This document shows, in pieces, positions 63,988-64,000 of a DNA stretch of 64,000 nt (position 1 is its first letter; each line of letters starts with the position of its first letter). The notes beneath the pieces were generated by a model. The model was given only the letters and a program-made list of their open reading frames with translations, ran no database searches and was not told where the DNA came from. Origin of the DNA: Phoronis australis (taxonomy: Eukaryota > Animalia > Phoronida); contig NMRA01000389.1 of assembly GCA_002633005.1 (NCBI GenBank), positions 338,597-402,596 of the forward strand. The letters run 5' to 3'. A program made the translations under genes and the position numbers.

Positions 63988-64000
63988 TATTACTATTATT
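63912..64000. repeat. (ATT)n microsatellite
   Basis: Read directly. Confidence 0.98.

Overview
Intron-rich, AT-rich genomic DNA from an invertebrate animal; not prokaryotic, with no CRISPR array or operon. About 44 kb is the 5' two-thirds of a minus-strand BK/Slo1 (KCNMA1/slowpoke) calcium-activated K+ channel gene. I reconstructed it by hand as phase-consistent GT-AG exons from ATG 45719 through S0-S6, RCK1 and the RCK1-RCK2 linker (about 700-720 codons); RCK2 and the Ca2+ bowl run off the left edge. Upstream, on the same strand, is a complete 4-exon glutathione S-transferase theta gene (233 aa). The right 7 kb holds decayed LINE and hAT remnants plus n-joined duplications that look like assembly artefacts. 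The notable signals are in Slo1 splicing and pore architecture: (i) an 11-copy minisatellite whose unit is the 3' splice site of an RCK1 exon, where every upstream copy leads to a stop; (ii) two intact, apparently mutually exclusive 92-nt S6/C-linker exons; (iii) a selectively diverged S5-pore-S6 module, with possible decayed S5 and pore exon copies beside it; (iv) candidate cassette exons at the STREX-equivalent site; (v) inverted MITE pairs, including hAT-like elements with 6-bp TSDs. Vertebrate Slo1 residue numbers and reference sequences are recalled from memory; no alignments or database searches were run.
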